Positions 9,490 to 19,711 of a stretch of 64,000 nt of DNA are shown piece after piece. This DNA is from Alphaproteobacteria bacterium (GTDB taxonomy: Bacteria > Pseudomonadota > Alphaproteobacteria > UBA828). The stretch spans positions 64,001 to 128,000 of the forward strand of contig CAXXVO010000006.1 in NCBI GenBank assembly GCA_963422645.2, in the 5' to 3' direction. Position 1 is the first letter of the stretch, and every line of letters begins with the position of its first letter. Both the position numbers and the translations under genes were made by a program. The notes below the pieces were generated by a model, which searched no databases, was not told the DNA's origin, and saw nothing but the letters and a program-made list of their open reading frames with translations.

Positions 9490-11847
9490 TCAGACTTCCT
9501 GACCTCTGCTGATTTTAGGTGACACGAGCCGCGCGGATTCCGAGGCCCCGTCGATGTCGTAGACTATGCGCAGACGGGTGCCGGGGAAGACCGTTTCGGT
9601 GGCGTTCAGGTCGCTCAGAACCGCATCGATCCAACGGTCGCAGGCGTCGTTTGCGAGGCCAAGAATGTGGACCCGCAGGAGGCCATTGCCAGGATCCGGC
9701 AGGATGTCGGCATCGGCGGTGAGCAGCGCTTGAAGCAGTTTCCGGGGATGGGGCTTGTGGCCCTGCGCCTGCATGACGGGAAGCATCATGCGGGTTTCGG
9801 CGCGGTAGGCGATCATCCGGATGACGTCGAGGAGGAGGCGCTCGCGCGCGGGCAAGGCATCGAGCTGCTCGGCTTCGTCGAGGTCGCCGGCCCGGCAGTG
9901 CTTGGGCGTCTCCCTGCGGCTGGCCCTGACGATGTCGCGGACATCCTGGAGGTCCCTGACTTCCCTCCTGAGTTCCGCCGTCGGCTGCTTCTTCCGGGCC
10001 GTGTCGGCGATGCGGTTGCGCAGGCGGCCAAGCTGGCGGTCGAGGCGATGGATTGCCTTGTCATAGGCCCGCCGCAGCGGGTTGACGACCATGGCGGCGG
10101 GATCGAGAGGCTCGAGCTCGTGGGTCGGCAGGGCGTCGAGATTGAACTCGTCACGCATGTACTTGAAGAAGTTCTCCTGCGACCAGCGCGAGAACATGGC
10201 GCCCGCAACCTCAGCCATCGGCTTGTGCGGATCGGTGGTGATCAGCGGCACCTGACGGCCGTTGTCGAGCAGGCGGCGGATCTGGCGCACCCTGAAGCCG
10301 TTCGGCAACGTCACCGGCTTCTCAGCCAGCCGCATGGTGGCGCTGCCGTCCGCCGCCGGTCCGTGAATGGGAACGGTCATCGCGCCGAAGTCCTCGGCCG
10401 GCCAGTCCTCGCCCCTGAAGTTCTTGTGCCAGGTCAGGCAGGCGACGCCGCGCCTCGCCAGCCGGCGGAACAGATCCGGGCTCCAGCCCTCGCGGTCGAA
10501 GACCAGGGTGAGCGCCGGCTGGCCGGGATGCTCGGCGGTCAGGTCCGGCGCCCCGGCGCCAACGATCCCAAGCTCCTGCAGCGCCGGCACCACGTCGGCT
10601 TCGATGGCCGCGACCATCTTCGGGTCCAGCGGCTTGTGCAGACAGAGCAGCGGCTTGCCGCCCAGAGCGTTGATCCAGTAGCTGGCGCTCGCCGGCAGGC
10701 ACAGCTTCTCGCGCGAGACGAAGTGCTTGGGCAAGCGCCCCTTGCGGCCGGAGTAGACCTTGACGTGCCCGTCGATGGCCAGCGTCGCCCAGAGCTCCGG
10801 CTCGTCGGCCTGCCAGCGCCTGGCAAGGGCGAGCTGCCACGCCCGCACGCCGGCCTCGTCGTCGGCGATGAGAGCGATCTTGCGGCGCAGCGTCTTGACC
10901 TCGGGGCAGCGATCGAGGCCGAGAATGGCGCCCCATTCGCCCGGCGCCTGGTAGCGCAGGCTCTCGGGGTTGCGCACCCGCGCCAAGGTCATGAAGGCCA
11001 GGAAGAGCAGGATCGTAGGCAAGCCGTAATAGCCCTTCGGCAGCAATGGCAGGAGACCGGTCTCGGAGAGAAGACCTTCCTTCAGCAGGGCCGGCAGGGC
11101 GGCGAGCACGCCGCCGAAGCGGACACCGCGGGCGGCGGCGGCGAACTGCGGTTCGACCGGCCCCGCCTGTCCACAACTGGCCAGAACCCGAGCCGGAACA
11201 TCGCAAGTCGCACGCCCCATCGGCGCCTGCCGGTCCCGCCGATCGCGCGCGCTGCGATCCGTTTGCGGCTGCGCTTCCAGCCCCGGCGCCGTCTCCGGCC
11301 CCGGGGCACCGGTACTCTCTTCATCGACACGGCCTTCAGGAGCCGCACCCGCGTCAGGCGGCGCAGCCAGCGCTGAGCGTCCGGGCTCCCCATCCGCCTC
11401 CGTGTTGCCGATCAGTCCCTGACGGCGCCACTTGTTGACCGATGGCGCTGACACGCCGAGAACCCGGGCCGCCGCAGAGCCGCTCAGGCCCGATGCCAGC
11501 AACGCCGTCGCCTTCTCCGCCAACTCCGGAGTGAACACCGACGGCCCGCGACCGCGCCGGGGCTTCATGAACCCCGCTTCGCCCTCGGCCAGGTAGCGCC
11601 GTCGTGCGCGCTGCACCGTCGCGCGCGAGACAGCGAAAGCGTCAGCCAGTTCCTGCGGCGAGACCGCGCTGATCGCCGCGAGGCGGCCGATCCGCAAGAG
11701 CATGGCCGTGCGGTCATCGGCGGCGTGGCTGTCAAAGGGAATGAGGTTGGAAAAGTAGGTGAAGGTGTCGTCCGAGATCAGGACGGCGAAGCAGCTGTTG
11801 CCGATCGAGACCGCCTCTGGAGGGCACATTGGGAGGGTACTGGGCAT
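9490..11847 (-). CDS. IS-A transposase, 785 aa
   Basis: Translation identical to copy 1. Confidence 0.9.
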   Translation of the reverse strand: MPSTLPMCPPEAVSIGNSCFAVLISDDTFTYFSNLIPFDSHAADDRTAMLLRIGRLAAISAVSPQELADAFAVSRATVQRARRRYLAEGEAGFMKPRRGRGPSVFTPELAEKATALLASGLSGSAAARVLGVSAPSVNKWRRQGLIGNTEADGEPGRSALAAPPDAGAAPEGRVDEESTGAPGPETAPGLEAQPQTDRSARDRRDRQAPMGRATCDVPARVLASCGQAGPVEPQFAAAARGVRFGGVLAALPALLKEGLLSETGLLPLLPKGYYGLPTILLFLAFMTLARVRNPESLRYQAPGEWGAILGLDRCPEVKTLRRKIALIADDEAGVRAWQLALARRWQADEPELWATLAIDGHVKVYSGRKGRLPKHFVSREKLCLPASASYWINALGGKPLLCLHKPLDPKMVAAIEADVVPALQELGIVGAGAPDLTAEHPGQPALTLVFDREGWSPDLFRRLARRGVACLTWHKNFRGEDWPAEDFGAMTVPIHGPAADGSATMRLAEKPVTLPNGFRVRQIRRLLDNGRQVPLITTDPHKPMAEVAGAMFSRWSQENFFKYMRDEFNLDALPTHELEPLDPAAMVVNPLRRAYDKAIHRLDRQLGRLRNRIADTARKKQPTAELRREVRDLQDVRDIVRASRRETPKHCRAGDLDEAEQLDALPARERLLLDVIRMIAYRAETRMMLPVMQAQGHKPHPRKLLQALLTADADILPDPGNGLLRVHILGLANDACDRWIDAVLSDLNATETVFPGTRLRIVYDIDGASESARLVSPKISRGQEV

Positions 11848-12002
11848 GGTTGAGACCGTGCAATTGGTATCAAATTATAATATCAGACCTCGGGCGCGAC
11901 ACCCAGCGAAAAACCGCCTGAAACAACCGAAATGTATCAGAATTCAAGGAGTTCCCGGCACGCTGCCCAGAACAGCCAGCATCACGAGGTCAGGAAGTCT
12001 GA
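9490..12002 (-). mobile_element. IS-A copy 2, head-to-tail with copy 1
   Basis: Same length, IRs and translated ORF as copy 1; 3-bp spacer GTC; right flank GAC. Confidence 0.93.
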
Positions 12003-12181
12003 GACTGCGCTCCTGAACTTCTCCGGCTCATCCTGAGTATCGCTGTCCTCTCATCTTGTTCGCGACGCGGCGTTCATCATCCTCTCGCGCTCAAGAGAGT
12101 AGGCACCCCCGCGGCGTGGGGGCGTTGACGCAAAAGGAACTGGCTTGTTCCATAAGAGAGAGGGGGTACCTGGGCAGTTAC
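12003..12181 (-). mobile_element. IS66-family left-end remnant truncated by IS-A
   Basis: Minus strand from 12181 reads GTAACTGCCCAGGTACCCC, an 18/19 match to the IS66 left end at 47622. Confidence 0.75.
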
Positions 12182-12483
12182 ATATAACCACTCCGAGCCG
12201 AGCAATTACTTGACGATTCAATTGGATAGAGCGGTAAGAACATTCGGAGAGTCTAGCGAATGGATAGGAGTCGATGCGACCTGCTTTTATTCGGACCCTG
12301 AACTTCGATAAGAGTCGGGATTTAGATACTTCGACCTGTGTTGGACTTCACACCATGACACGGGCGAAGCTGAAATTCTTGTGTCTTCGAATTTCCCTCC
12401 GTATGGATGTCGGAGTTGCTGACGATTTATCTGCGCCAAGACCGGGCGTGGCCAGCCGAGCGTGAGGAGAAAGAGCAGGCGGG

Positions 12484-14088
12484 TTAGATCTCTCCGCGGC
12501 CCATCAGGCGGGCGATGTGTCCCGCTTGCCGGATGGCGAGGGTGACGATTGTGAGCGTCGGATTGCCCGCGAGCGACGAGGTGAACTGGCTGCCGTCGGA
12601 GATGAAGAGGTTGGGGATCTCGTGGCTCCGGCCCCAGCGGTCGACCACGCCTGCACCGGGGTCGTCGCTCATGCGGCAGGTGCCGAGATTGTGCGAGACC
12701 GGGAGCGGCGGCGAGCAGAAGATGCGGAACGCACCGGCCGCCTCCAGGATCGGGATCCCGTTGCGGTAGGCGTAACGCTTCATCGCGAGATCGTTGGGGT
12801 GATCGTCGAGATTGAGGCAAGCGATGGGTAGCCCATGCCGGTCTCTCTCGCTGGGATGCAAGGTCACCCGGTTGGAGGCGATCGGCATGTCCTCGCCGTT
12901 CACGAACAATCCCCCGACGCACTCATAGGCCTCGATCCAGCTCGCGTAGTCGCGGCCCCAGCGCCCCGGACTCATGAACGCCGCGAAGAAGGGCAGGCCG
13001 AGGCCCATGGAGCCGAAATAGAAACCGCCGGCGAAGCCGCGCGCCGGGTCGTGCCGGGCCTCGTCGCGGATGATGCCGGCGACGGTCATTCCGCGGTACA
13101 TGCGCACCGGCTTCAGGAACTCGCCGTACATATAGGCCGTCACATGACGCATGTAGTGCCGGCCGACCGCGCCCGCTCCGTTGGCAAGCCCGTCCGGCCA
13201 CGCGTTCGACTCCGAGTTGAGCAGCAGCCGCGCGGTCTCGATCGAGTTCGCCGCCACGCAAATCAGCCGCGCCTTCTGCAAGTGATGGTGCCCCGCGGCA
13301 TCGGCATAAAGCACGCCGCGGACCTTGCCGCGCTCGTCATGCTCGATGCGGAGCGCCATCGATCGCGTGCGAATCTCGCAATGGCCCGTGGCCTCTGCGC
13401 GCGGCAGCTCCGAAACAAAGGTGGACCACTTGCCGCCCGAGCGGCAGCCTTGCATGCAGAATCCGATCTTATCGCAGGCGTTGCGCCCGTCGCGCGGCAC
13501 CGCATTGATCGCCACATTGTTGGGACCATAGTCGCGATAGCCCATGCGCTTTGCGCCGAGCGCCATGACCCGACAGGCGTTATTGCCCCGGTGCTGCGCG
13601 ATATTGCCCCGCCCGCTGACACCCATCTTGCTCTCGGCCTCGCGGTAGAAGGGCTCTAACTCCTCATGGTCGACCGGCCAGTCCTCCAGGGCGGCGCCCT
13701 CGATCTCGCCGTAAGTGGAGCGCGCCTTGAACTCGTAGGGATTCGGACGCGGACACATGGCCGCCCAATGAAGCGTGGTCCCGCCCAATCCCTTGCAGGT
13801 CCAGGTCGGCGCCGTCGGGTAGTCGCGGGCGATGGGCGAGCCGCCGGTGCAGGCCCGCTCATCCTTCCAGGTGAGAAGGTCGTACATCGCCCACTCGTCG
13901 TTGACGAAATCGCTCGTCTTGAAGCGTGGCCCGGCCTCCAGCACGACCACGTCGATCCCCCGCCGGGTCAGCTCGTCGGCCATGGTGCCGCCGCCGGCGC
14001 CTGAGCCGATGATGACGACGACGCTATCGTCGGTCAGGTCATAGGTGACGGCGGGGACGTCCTCGTCATCGAGATAAGGCGTGGTCAT
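12484..14088 (-). CDS. GMC-family oxidoreductase
   Basis: IIGSGAGG, GLGGTTLHW, CxxxGFCMQGC, HNLGTCRM, NPTLTI motifs. Confidence 0.92.
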   Translation of the reverse strand: MTTPYLDDEDVPAVTYDLTDDSVVVIIGSGAGGGTMADELTRRGIDVVVLEAGPRFKTSDFVNDEWAMYDLLTWKDERACTGGSPIARDYPTAPTWTCKGLGGTTLHWAAMCPRPNPYEFKARSTYGEIEGAALEDWPVDHEELEPFYREAESKMGVSGRGNIAQHRGNNACRVMALGAKRMGYRDYGPNNVAINAVPRDGRNACDKIGFCMQGCRSGGKWSTFVSELPRAEATGHCEIRTRSMALRIEHDERGKVRGVLYADAAGHHHLQKARLICVAANSIETARLLLNSESNAWPDGLANGAGAVGRHYMRHVTAYMYGEFLKPVRMYRGMTVAGIIRDEARHDPARGFAGGFYFGSMGLGLPFFAAFMSPGRWGRDYASWIEAYECVGGLFVNGEDMPIASNRVTLHPSERDRHGLPIACLNLDDHPNDLAMKRYAYRNGIPILEAAGAFRIFCSPPLPVSHNLGTCRMSDDPGAGVVDRWGRSHEIPNLFISDGSQFTSSLAGNPTLTIVTLAIRQAGHIARLMGRGEI

Positions 14089-14501
14089 CGCTCGGTCTCC
14101 GCGTCCACTTCATCCTCGGAGATCCAGTCGATGTCGTCGAAGCCGCGTTGGATATAGCCGCCGAGGTGGGACGACGCCCCTTCGTAGCCGAAACGGGGCC
14201 AAAGCTCGCGATTGTCGTAGAGATGGCGCGCCGTGCCGGCCCGCACGACTTCGAAGAATTGCGAGCCCTCGACAGCATAGAGCGCGGTCACTTTCTCCTT
14301 CTCCGAAAGGGCGACGAAGGGGCGCTCGAGCGCCGCATCCAGCGCCGCAACCCCTTCCGCCAACAGCGAGCGCTGGGTCGCGCCCCCCTCCCCCGAGACG
14401 ATATCGACCACGCGGCGGTAAGGAGCGTCGTCCAGGAAGTCGTGCGGGTAGAGAGCGCGCGCCATCGCGGTCAGCGTCGCCTGCACGTGCTTATCGAGCA
14501 T
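14085..14501 (-). CDS. Gluconate 2-dehydrogenase subunit-3-like partner of the GMC enzyme
   Basis: LYPHD...FGYEG.S...GGY..RGFDDIDW pattern; overlaps GMC start. Confidence 0.7.
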   Translation of the reverse strand: MLDKHVQATLTAMARALYPHDFLDDAPYRRVVDIVSGEGGATQRSLLAEGVAALDAALERPFVALSEKEKVTALYAVEGSQFFEVVRAGTARHLYDNRELWPRFGYEGASSHLGGYIQRGFDDIDWISEDEVDAETER

Positions 14502-14505
14502 CCCC

Positions 14506-15856
14506 TCAGGTGTCGATGCCATAGCTCATCGCCATCAGCTCGATCGGGTGATGGGCGCGCGTCGGGTGCGCTCGGCCCGCGCCGATCCGCTCCATCCCTT
14601 GCACGATGTGCTCGCCGGCGAGCGGACACTCCGAGGCGAGGTAAGCGCGGCCGCTCTCGGCCGCCTGCCGGATGACCGGCTCGCCGACCTTCATGCCGGT
14701 CTCGAAATTCCGCTTCATCACGCCCCAGGTGCCGCCGTGCCCGGCGCAGCGCTGCATCATCAAGACGTTGCTCTCCGGGATCAAGCGCAGCATGACGGCG
14801 GCTTTCGCACCGATGTTCTGGGCCCTGGCGTGGCAGGCTTGGTGGAGCGCGACATCGCCGTCGAGCGGCGGCCAGTCCCTCGGCGAGTCCCTCATCGCGG
14901 GCGATGCCCACGATGTATTCCGAAATGTCGCTGGTGTGCTCCGCGAGGCGCGCCACCGCCGGATCGTCCGGCATGTACTGCGGCCACGTCGTCTTCATCA
15001 TCAGCGCACACGATGGAATCGGCGCGACCACGTCCCAGCCGCGCTCGATCCAGGAACCGAGCGTGGCCGCAACGCGACGGGCGCGCCGGCAAATCTCGGC
15101 AACATCGCCACGTTCCAACTGCGGCATTCCGCAGCATTCGTCGTAGACGATCTGGGTTTCGACGCCGTTCTTCGCAAGCACGCCCTGGGCAGCATGGCCG
15201 ATGCCCGGATTGTTGTACTCGACGAAGCACGTCGCGTAGATCACGGCCTTGCGACCGGCAGCCGGCGCTCCCTTGTTCACCGGCGGCGGGGACGCATCGG
15301 CCCGCCGACTGAAGCTCCGGGCATGGAAGCGCGGCAGCACCGCGTCGCGGTGAATGCCGGCAAACGCTTCCATGAGCGCCCGGGCGAGTCGGTTGCCCCG
15401 GCGCGCCGCCCAGTTGGCGAGCGGCGCGAAAGCCCCGAGCCACCGGCCGTTGCGATCGGTCTCGCCCAACGCGCGCTCCATAGGGCCGACCTCGCCATCG
15501 TGCAGCGCACGCGCCCGCTGGCGAATCATCAGAGCGGGAAAGTCCACCGCGTGCACGTGCGGCGGCGTGTAGGGGCAAACCGGATAGCACATGTCGCAGA
15601 GCGTGCAGGCCGCACCCACGCTCTCGAAGTCGGCGCTCTTCACCGCGCCGACGCTGCCCGCGCCGTCGATCAGGTCGAAGAGCCTAGGGAAGCTCTCGCA
15701 GAGATCCACACAACGGCGGCAGGTGTGGCACACGCCTGCGACGCGGTGCAGCTCATCGTCGAGCGCACCTGCGTCAAGATACGCGGGCGCCTCCCAGTCG
15801 ATGGGTGGCCGTGGCACGGAGCGGTCCCGCACGGCCCGATCGGCGCTTTCAGCCAA
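14506..15856 (-). CDS. GlpC/heterodisulfide-reductase-like Fe-S protein with CCG domains (apparent +1 frameshift near 14871)
   Basis: CHTCRRCVDLC, CTLCDMCYPVCP, ECCGMP, then ACHARAQ/RCAGHGG/ECPLA in the shifted frame; start approximate. Confidence 0.8.
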
Positions 15857-17195
15857 GGACGGCGCGCGTGGACTCGGCAGTGATCTCCACCATCTGATCG
15901 ATGGTCTCGTCATCGACGATGATCGGCGGCGCAACCATGTAGACGTCCGGCCGGAAGCGGCTGAAAAGCCCACGTGCAATCGCTTCGGCGTGGATCTTGG
16001 CGGCGATGCCGTCGCCGGGATCGAAGCTCTCCTTGGTCCCCCGGTCTTTCACGTACTCCACGGCGCACATGAGCCCGAGCCCCCGGATGTCCCCGACGTT
16101 GGGATGATCGGCGAGCGCGTCCTTGAGGCCAACCAACAGGCGCTTGCCCTTCTCGGCGGCCTGGCCGGGGAAATCCTCTCGTTCGATCAGGTCGATCATC
16201 GCGCAGCCGATGGCGCAGCCAGTGGGATGCGCGCTGTAGGTGTAGGCGTGCATCCAGGGCTTGCCACTCTCGTGCATGGTGTCGGCGATCTCGTCGCTGA
16301 TCCCGATGCCGCCGAGGGAGAAGTAGCCCGACGTGATGGCCTTGGCGAACTGGATCATGTCGGGCTCGACACCCCAGTGCTGCAAGCCGAACATCTTGCC
16401 GGTGCGGCCGAACCCGGTGATGACCTCGTCCGACACCATCAGCACGTCGTACTTGGTGCAGATCTCGCGAATACGCGGGAAGTAGTCGGGCTGAGGCGGA
16501 ATCACCCCGCCGCCGCCCTGCACCGGCTCGGCGATGAACATCGCCACTGTCTCCGGCCCTTCCGCGAGGATGGCCTTCTCAAGCTCGTCCGCCGCAGCGA
16601 TGCCCTGGCTCGCGGCCCCCTCCGGCGCCTCGTAGCGATAGGGATAGGGGCTCGGGATGTGGACGAAGCCAGGCATGCGCGGCTCGAAACTCGGCCAGTA
16701 GATGCTCATGCCCGTGGCGCACATGGCAGCAAGCGTGACGCCGTGATAGCCCCAGATGCGGGAGATGACCTTGGTCTTCTCCGGCTGGCCTTTCAGCTTC
16801 CAGTAGTAGCGGGCCATCTTGATGTTGCTGTCGGTCGCCTCGCCGCCGCCCGACGTGAAGAAGAAGTGGTTGATGTTCGGGTATGTGATCCGCGCGAGCT
16901 TCTCGGCAAGCTCGATCGCACGCGGGTTGGTGCTGCCGGCATAGCCTGAGGCGTACGCCATCTCGGCGAGCTGCTTGCTCCCGGCCTCGATCAGCTCGCG
17001 GCAGCCGTTGCCGGCGGTGTTGTTCCAGAGGCCGGAAAGACCGTCGATGAAGCGGTCCCCGTTCGCATCGACGAGGAAGGCCCCTTCCCCGCCGACCCAG
17101 ACTTTGCCGGTGGCGTGGGTGGCACGGCTGTGCAACGGATGGAGCAGGTGCGCGTTATCTCGATCGAGCAGCGCAGTTTCGGCGTCGTTGGACAT
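15849..17195 (-). CDS. Class III PLP aminotransferase (omega-transaminase type)
   Basis: DGLSGLWN, YHGVT, SDEVITGFGRTG, FAKAITSG. Confidence 0.92.
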   Translation of the reverse strand: MSNDAETALLDRDNAHLLHPLHSRATHATGKVWVGGEGAFLVDANGDRFIDGLSGLWNNTAGNGCRELIEAGSKQLAEMAYASGYAGSTNPRAIELAEKLARITYPNINHFFFTSGGGEATDSNIKMARYYWKLKGQPEKTKVISRIWGYHGVTLAAMCATGMSIYWPSFEPRMPGFVHIPSPYPYRYEAPEGAASQGIAAADELEKAILAEGPETVAMFIAEPVQGGGGVIPPQPDYFPRIREICTKYDVLMVSDEVITGFGRTGKMFGLQHWGVEPDMIQFAKAITSGYFSLGGIGISDEIADTMHESGKPWMHAYTYSAHPTGCAIGCAMIDLIEREDFPGQAAEKGKRLLVGLKDALADHPNVGDIRGLGLMCAVEYVKDRGTKESFDPGDGIAAKIHAEAIARGLFSRFRPDVYMVAPPIIVDDETIDQMVEITAESTRAVLG

Positions 17196-17415
17196 CTCGG
17201 TCGTTCCTCCCTGTAGCGACCGCGCGTGTACCCGCTCGGCCAGCCCTCCGATGCCAGTGTGGCCGGCAGGGCGGATTCGATCAAGTGAGGCAGAACCAGG
17301 GGCAGCGAAGTTCGCGCTGGCGCAAACCGGTTGGCAAGTCCTTTCGAATAGGCGTAAAGGTGCATGTGATGGGGGCCGATACGTAGCCCTGCGGGCACCG
17401 CGACACGTTTGGCCG

Positions 17416-17862
17416 ATGGACAAGAACGCGCGCGACGGCATGCTGGAGATCTCGCTGGTCAACGACCTGCGGGAGATCGCCGCCATCGCTGCGAAGATCG
17501 ACGCGTTCTGCGAAGAGCAGGGACTCACGCCGCAGACTGCCTACGCGCTCAATCTCTCGATCGACGAGATCCTGACCAACACCATCAGCTACGGCTACGA
17601 CGACGATGAACAGCACCGGATCGGGCTCTCCTTGCGCAAGGAGGGTGACGTACTCGTCGTGGAGATCGTGGATGACGGCCGGGCATTCGACTCCTCGCTG
17701 GCGAGCGACCCGGATATCGACTCGTCTTTGGAGGAGCGCGCTCTCGGCGGTCTTGGCCTCTTCCTCGTCCAGAAGATGATGGACGACGTGACCTACCAGC
17801 GGCGTGATGAGCTCAATGTCATCACGCTGAGGAAGAACACGGCCCAGCGGGCCGAGCAATAG
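17416..17862 (+). CDS. RsbW-like anti-sigma factor / Ser-Thr kinase (HATPase_c_2)
   Basis: DEILTNTISYGY, DDGRAFD, GGLGLFLV. Confidence 0.85.
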   Translation: MDKNARDGMLEISLVNDLREIAAIAAKIDAFCEEQGLTPQTAYALNLSIDEILTNTISYGYDDDEQHRIGLSLRKEGDVLVVEIVDDGRAFDSSLASDPDIDSSLEERALGGLGLFLVQKMMDDVTYQRRDELNVITLRKNTAQRAEQ

Positions 17863-18145
17863 CCGAACTAATCAGGTTGGGCGCTCGGGCACTTGCGGCT
17901 GGCCGGGAGCGTATCGACAAGTCCTACGGCATGCCCAGCGCGCAAACGGAGGATATCCACGGCTGATCCGGCCCGGGGGCTCGTGAACGGCGCGCGCCCC
18001 TGCCCCCAAATGCCTATCGAATTGATTGCGCCGGCATACTACCTTCGAGATCGCGGGCACAGGACAATGCGGCGACAAGGTCGCCGCGCGACTCGGCTGC
18101 ACGTGCTGCGCGCCTGTTGGGAGATTAACTTCGGCGGAGACGGCG

Positions 18146-19678
18146 ATGAACGCCCGGGTATTCGAGGAGGTGGAGCGCGAGCGGGCACGGGAGACTCCCA
18201 AGGCCGCGTTCGAGGAGCAGGCTGCGGCGCTCAGAGTCTCGCTCGTCGAGGCGCAGCGCAATCTCGCTGGCGCGGATTTTCCGGTCGTCGTGCTTTTCGC
18301 AGGGGTCGATGGCGCCGGCAAGGGCGAGACCGTCGACCTGATCACCGAGTGGCTCGACCCGCGCCGGATTGTCACCCACGCCTACGACCGGCTCACTGAG
18401 GAGGAAGGTCAGCGGCCCGAGTTCTGGCGCTACTGGCGCGACCTGCCGGAGCGCGGGCGCATCGGGCTCTTCCTCAGCGCGTGGTATTCCGAGCCTCTGT
18501 TGGACCGTGCCTACGGACGCATCGGGCCGAGCGCCCTCGACCGGCGGCTCTCGCGCATCGCGGCGTTCGAGCGGACGCTTGCCGATGACGGCGCCCTGAT
18601 CCTCAAGTTCTGGATGCACCTCGACAGGAAGGCGCAGCAGCAGCGCCTCGAGTCGCTGCAGAAGCATCCGCGCCACCACTGGCGGATCTCGCAGTGGGAT
18701 TGGCGCAACTGGCACCGCTACGAACACTTCAACGAGGCCGCCGAGCACATCATCACCCGCACCAGCACCGCCGAGGCGCCGTGGCTGGTGGTCGACGGCC
18801 GCCACGCGCGCTATCGCTCGCTCAGGGTGCTGGGCATGGTGAACCGGGCGCTGGAAGCGCGCCTGGCCGGCCTGCCGCCGCCGGATGCGGGCTTCCGCGC
18901 CCGCGCGCCGGTCGCGAGCCGGGCGGTGGTCGGTGCGACGGTGCGGGAGGTCAAGCCGCTCGCGACGATCGACCATTCGAACATCGTGGGCCGCAAGGCC
19001 TACGAGAAGTCGATGGCGCGCCTCAGGGCCGATCTCTACTGGCTCGCCGCGCAGAACCTCCTGCACGGCCTCTCCGTCGTGCTCGTGTTCGAAGGCTGGG
19101 ACGCCGGCGGCAAGGGCGGCGCCATCCGGCGCATGGTCTCGGCGCTGGATGCCCGCAGCTATCGCGTGCATCAGGTAAGCGCGCCGAGCGACGAGGAGCG
19201 TGCCCATCACTACCTCTGGCGCTTCTGGCGGCGTCTGCCCGAGGCCGGGCAGATCGCGGTGTTCGACCGCAGCTGGTATGGGCGGCTCCTGGTGGAGCGC
19301 GTCGAGTCTTTCGCGACCGAGGCGGAATGGCGGCGCGCCTACGCCGAGATCCGCGACTTCGAAGAGCAGATCATCGGCCACGGCACGTTGTTGATGAAAT
19401 TCTGGCTTCACATCGACAAGGACGAGCAAGAGCGGCGCTTTCTTGCGCGCAAGGATAATCCCTACAAGAGCTGGAAGCTGACCGAGGAAGACTGGCGCAA
19501 CCGCGCCAAGTGGGAGGCTTACGAGGACGCCGCCAACGACATGATCGCCGGCACGAGCACCCGTGAGGCGCCGTGGACTCTGGTCCCCGGCAACAACAAG
19601 AGGCATGCCCGCCTCGAAGTCCTGCGAACGCTCTGCGCCGCGCTGCAATCGCGGCTCAGCGAGCGGGCGGCGGAGTAA
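18146..19678 (+). CDS. pap: Polyphosphate:AMP phosphotransferase (two-domain PPK2)
   Basis: Tandem PPK2 domains: AGVDGAGKG and EGWDAGGKGG, FDRSWYGR. Confidence 0.88.
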   Translation: MNARVFEEVERERARETPKAAFEEQAAALRVSLVEAQRNLAGADFPVVVLFAGVDGAGKGETVDLITEWLDPRRIVTHAYDRLTEEEGQRPEFWRYWRDLPERGRIGLFLSAWYSEPLLDRAYGRIGPSALDRRLSRIAAFERTLADDGALILKFWMHLDRKAQQQRLESLQKHPRHHWRISQWDWRNWHRYEHFNEAAEHIITRTSTAEAPWLVVDGRHARYRSLRVLGMVNRALEARLAGLPPPDAGFRARAPVASRAVVGATVREVKPLATIDHSNIVGRKAYEKSMARLRADLYWLAAQNLLHGLSVVLVFEGWDAGGKGGAIRRMVSALDARSYRVHQVSAPSDEERAHHYLWRFWRRLPEAGQIAVFDRSWYGRLLVERVESFATEAEWRRAYAEIRDFEEQIIGHGTLLMKFWLHIDKDEQERRFLARKDNPYKSWKLTEEDWRNRAKWEAYEDAANDMIAGTSTREAPWTLVPGNNKRHARLEVLRTLCAALQSRLSERAAE

Positions 19679-19711
19679 CGCGCCGGGAGGGTCGCTCCAG
19701 CCTTCTACGAG

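Noticed and set aside
12182-12480. AT-richer intergenic patch as an ncRNA or small gene
   Set aside because: No recognisable RNA family, stable structure or credible ORF.
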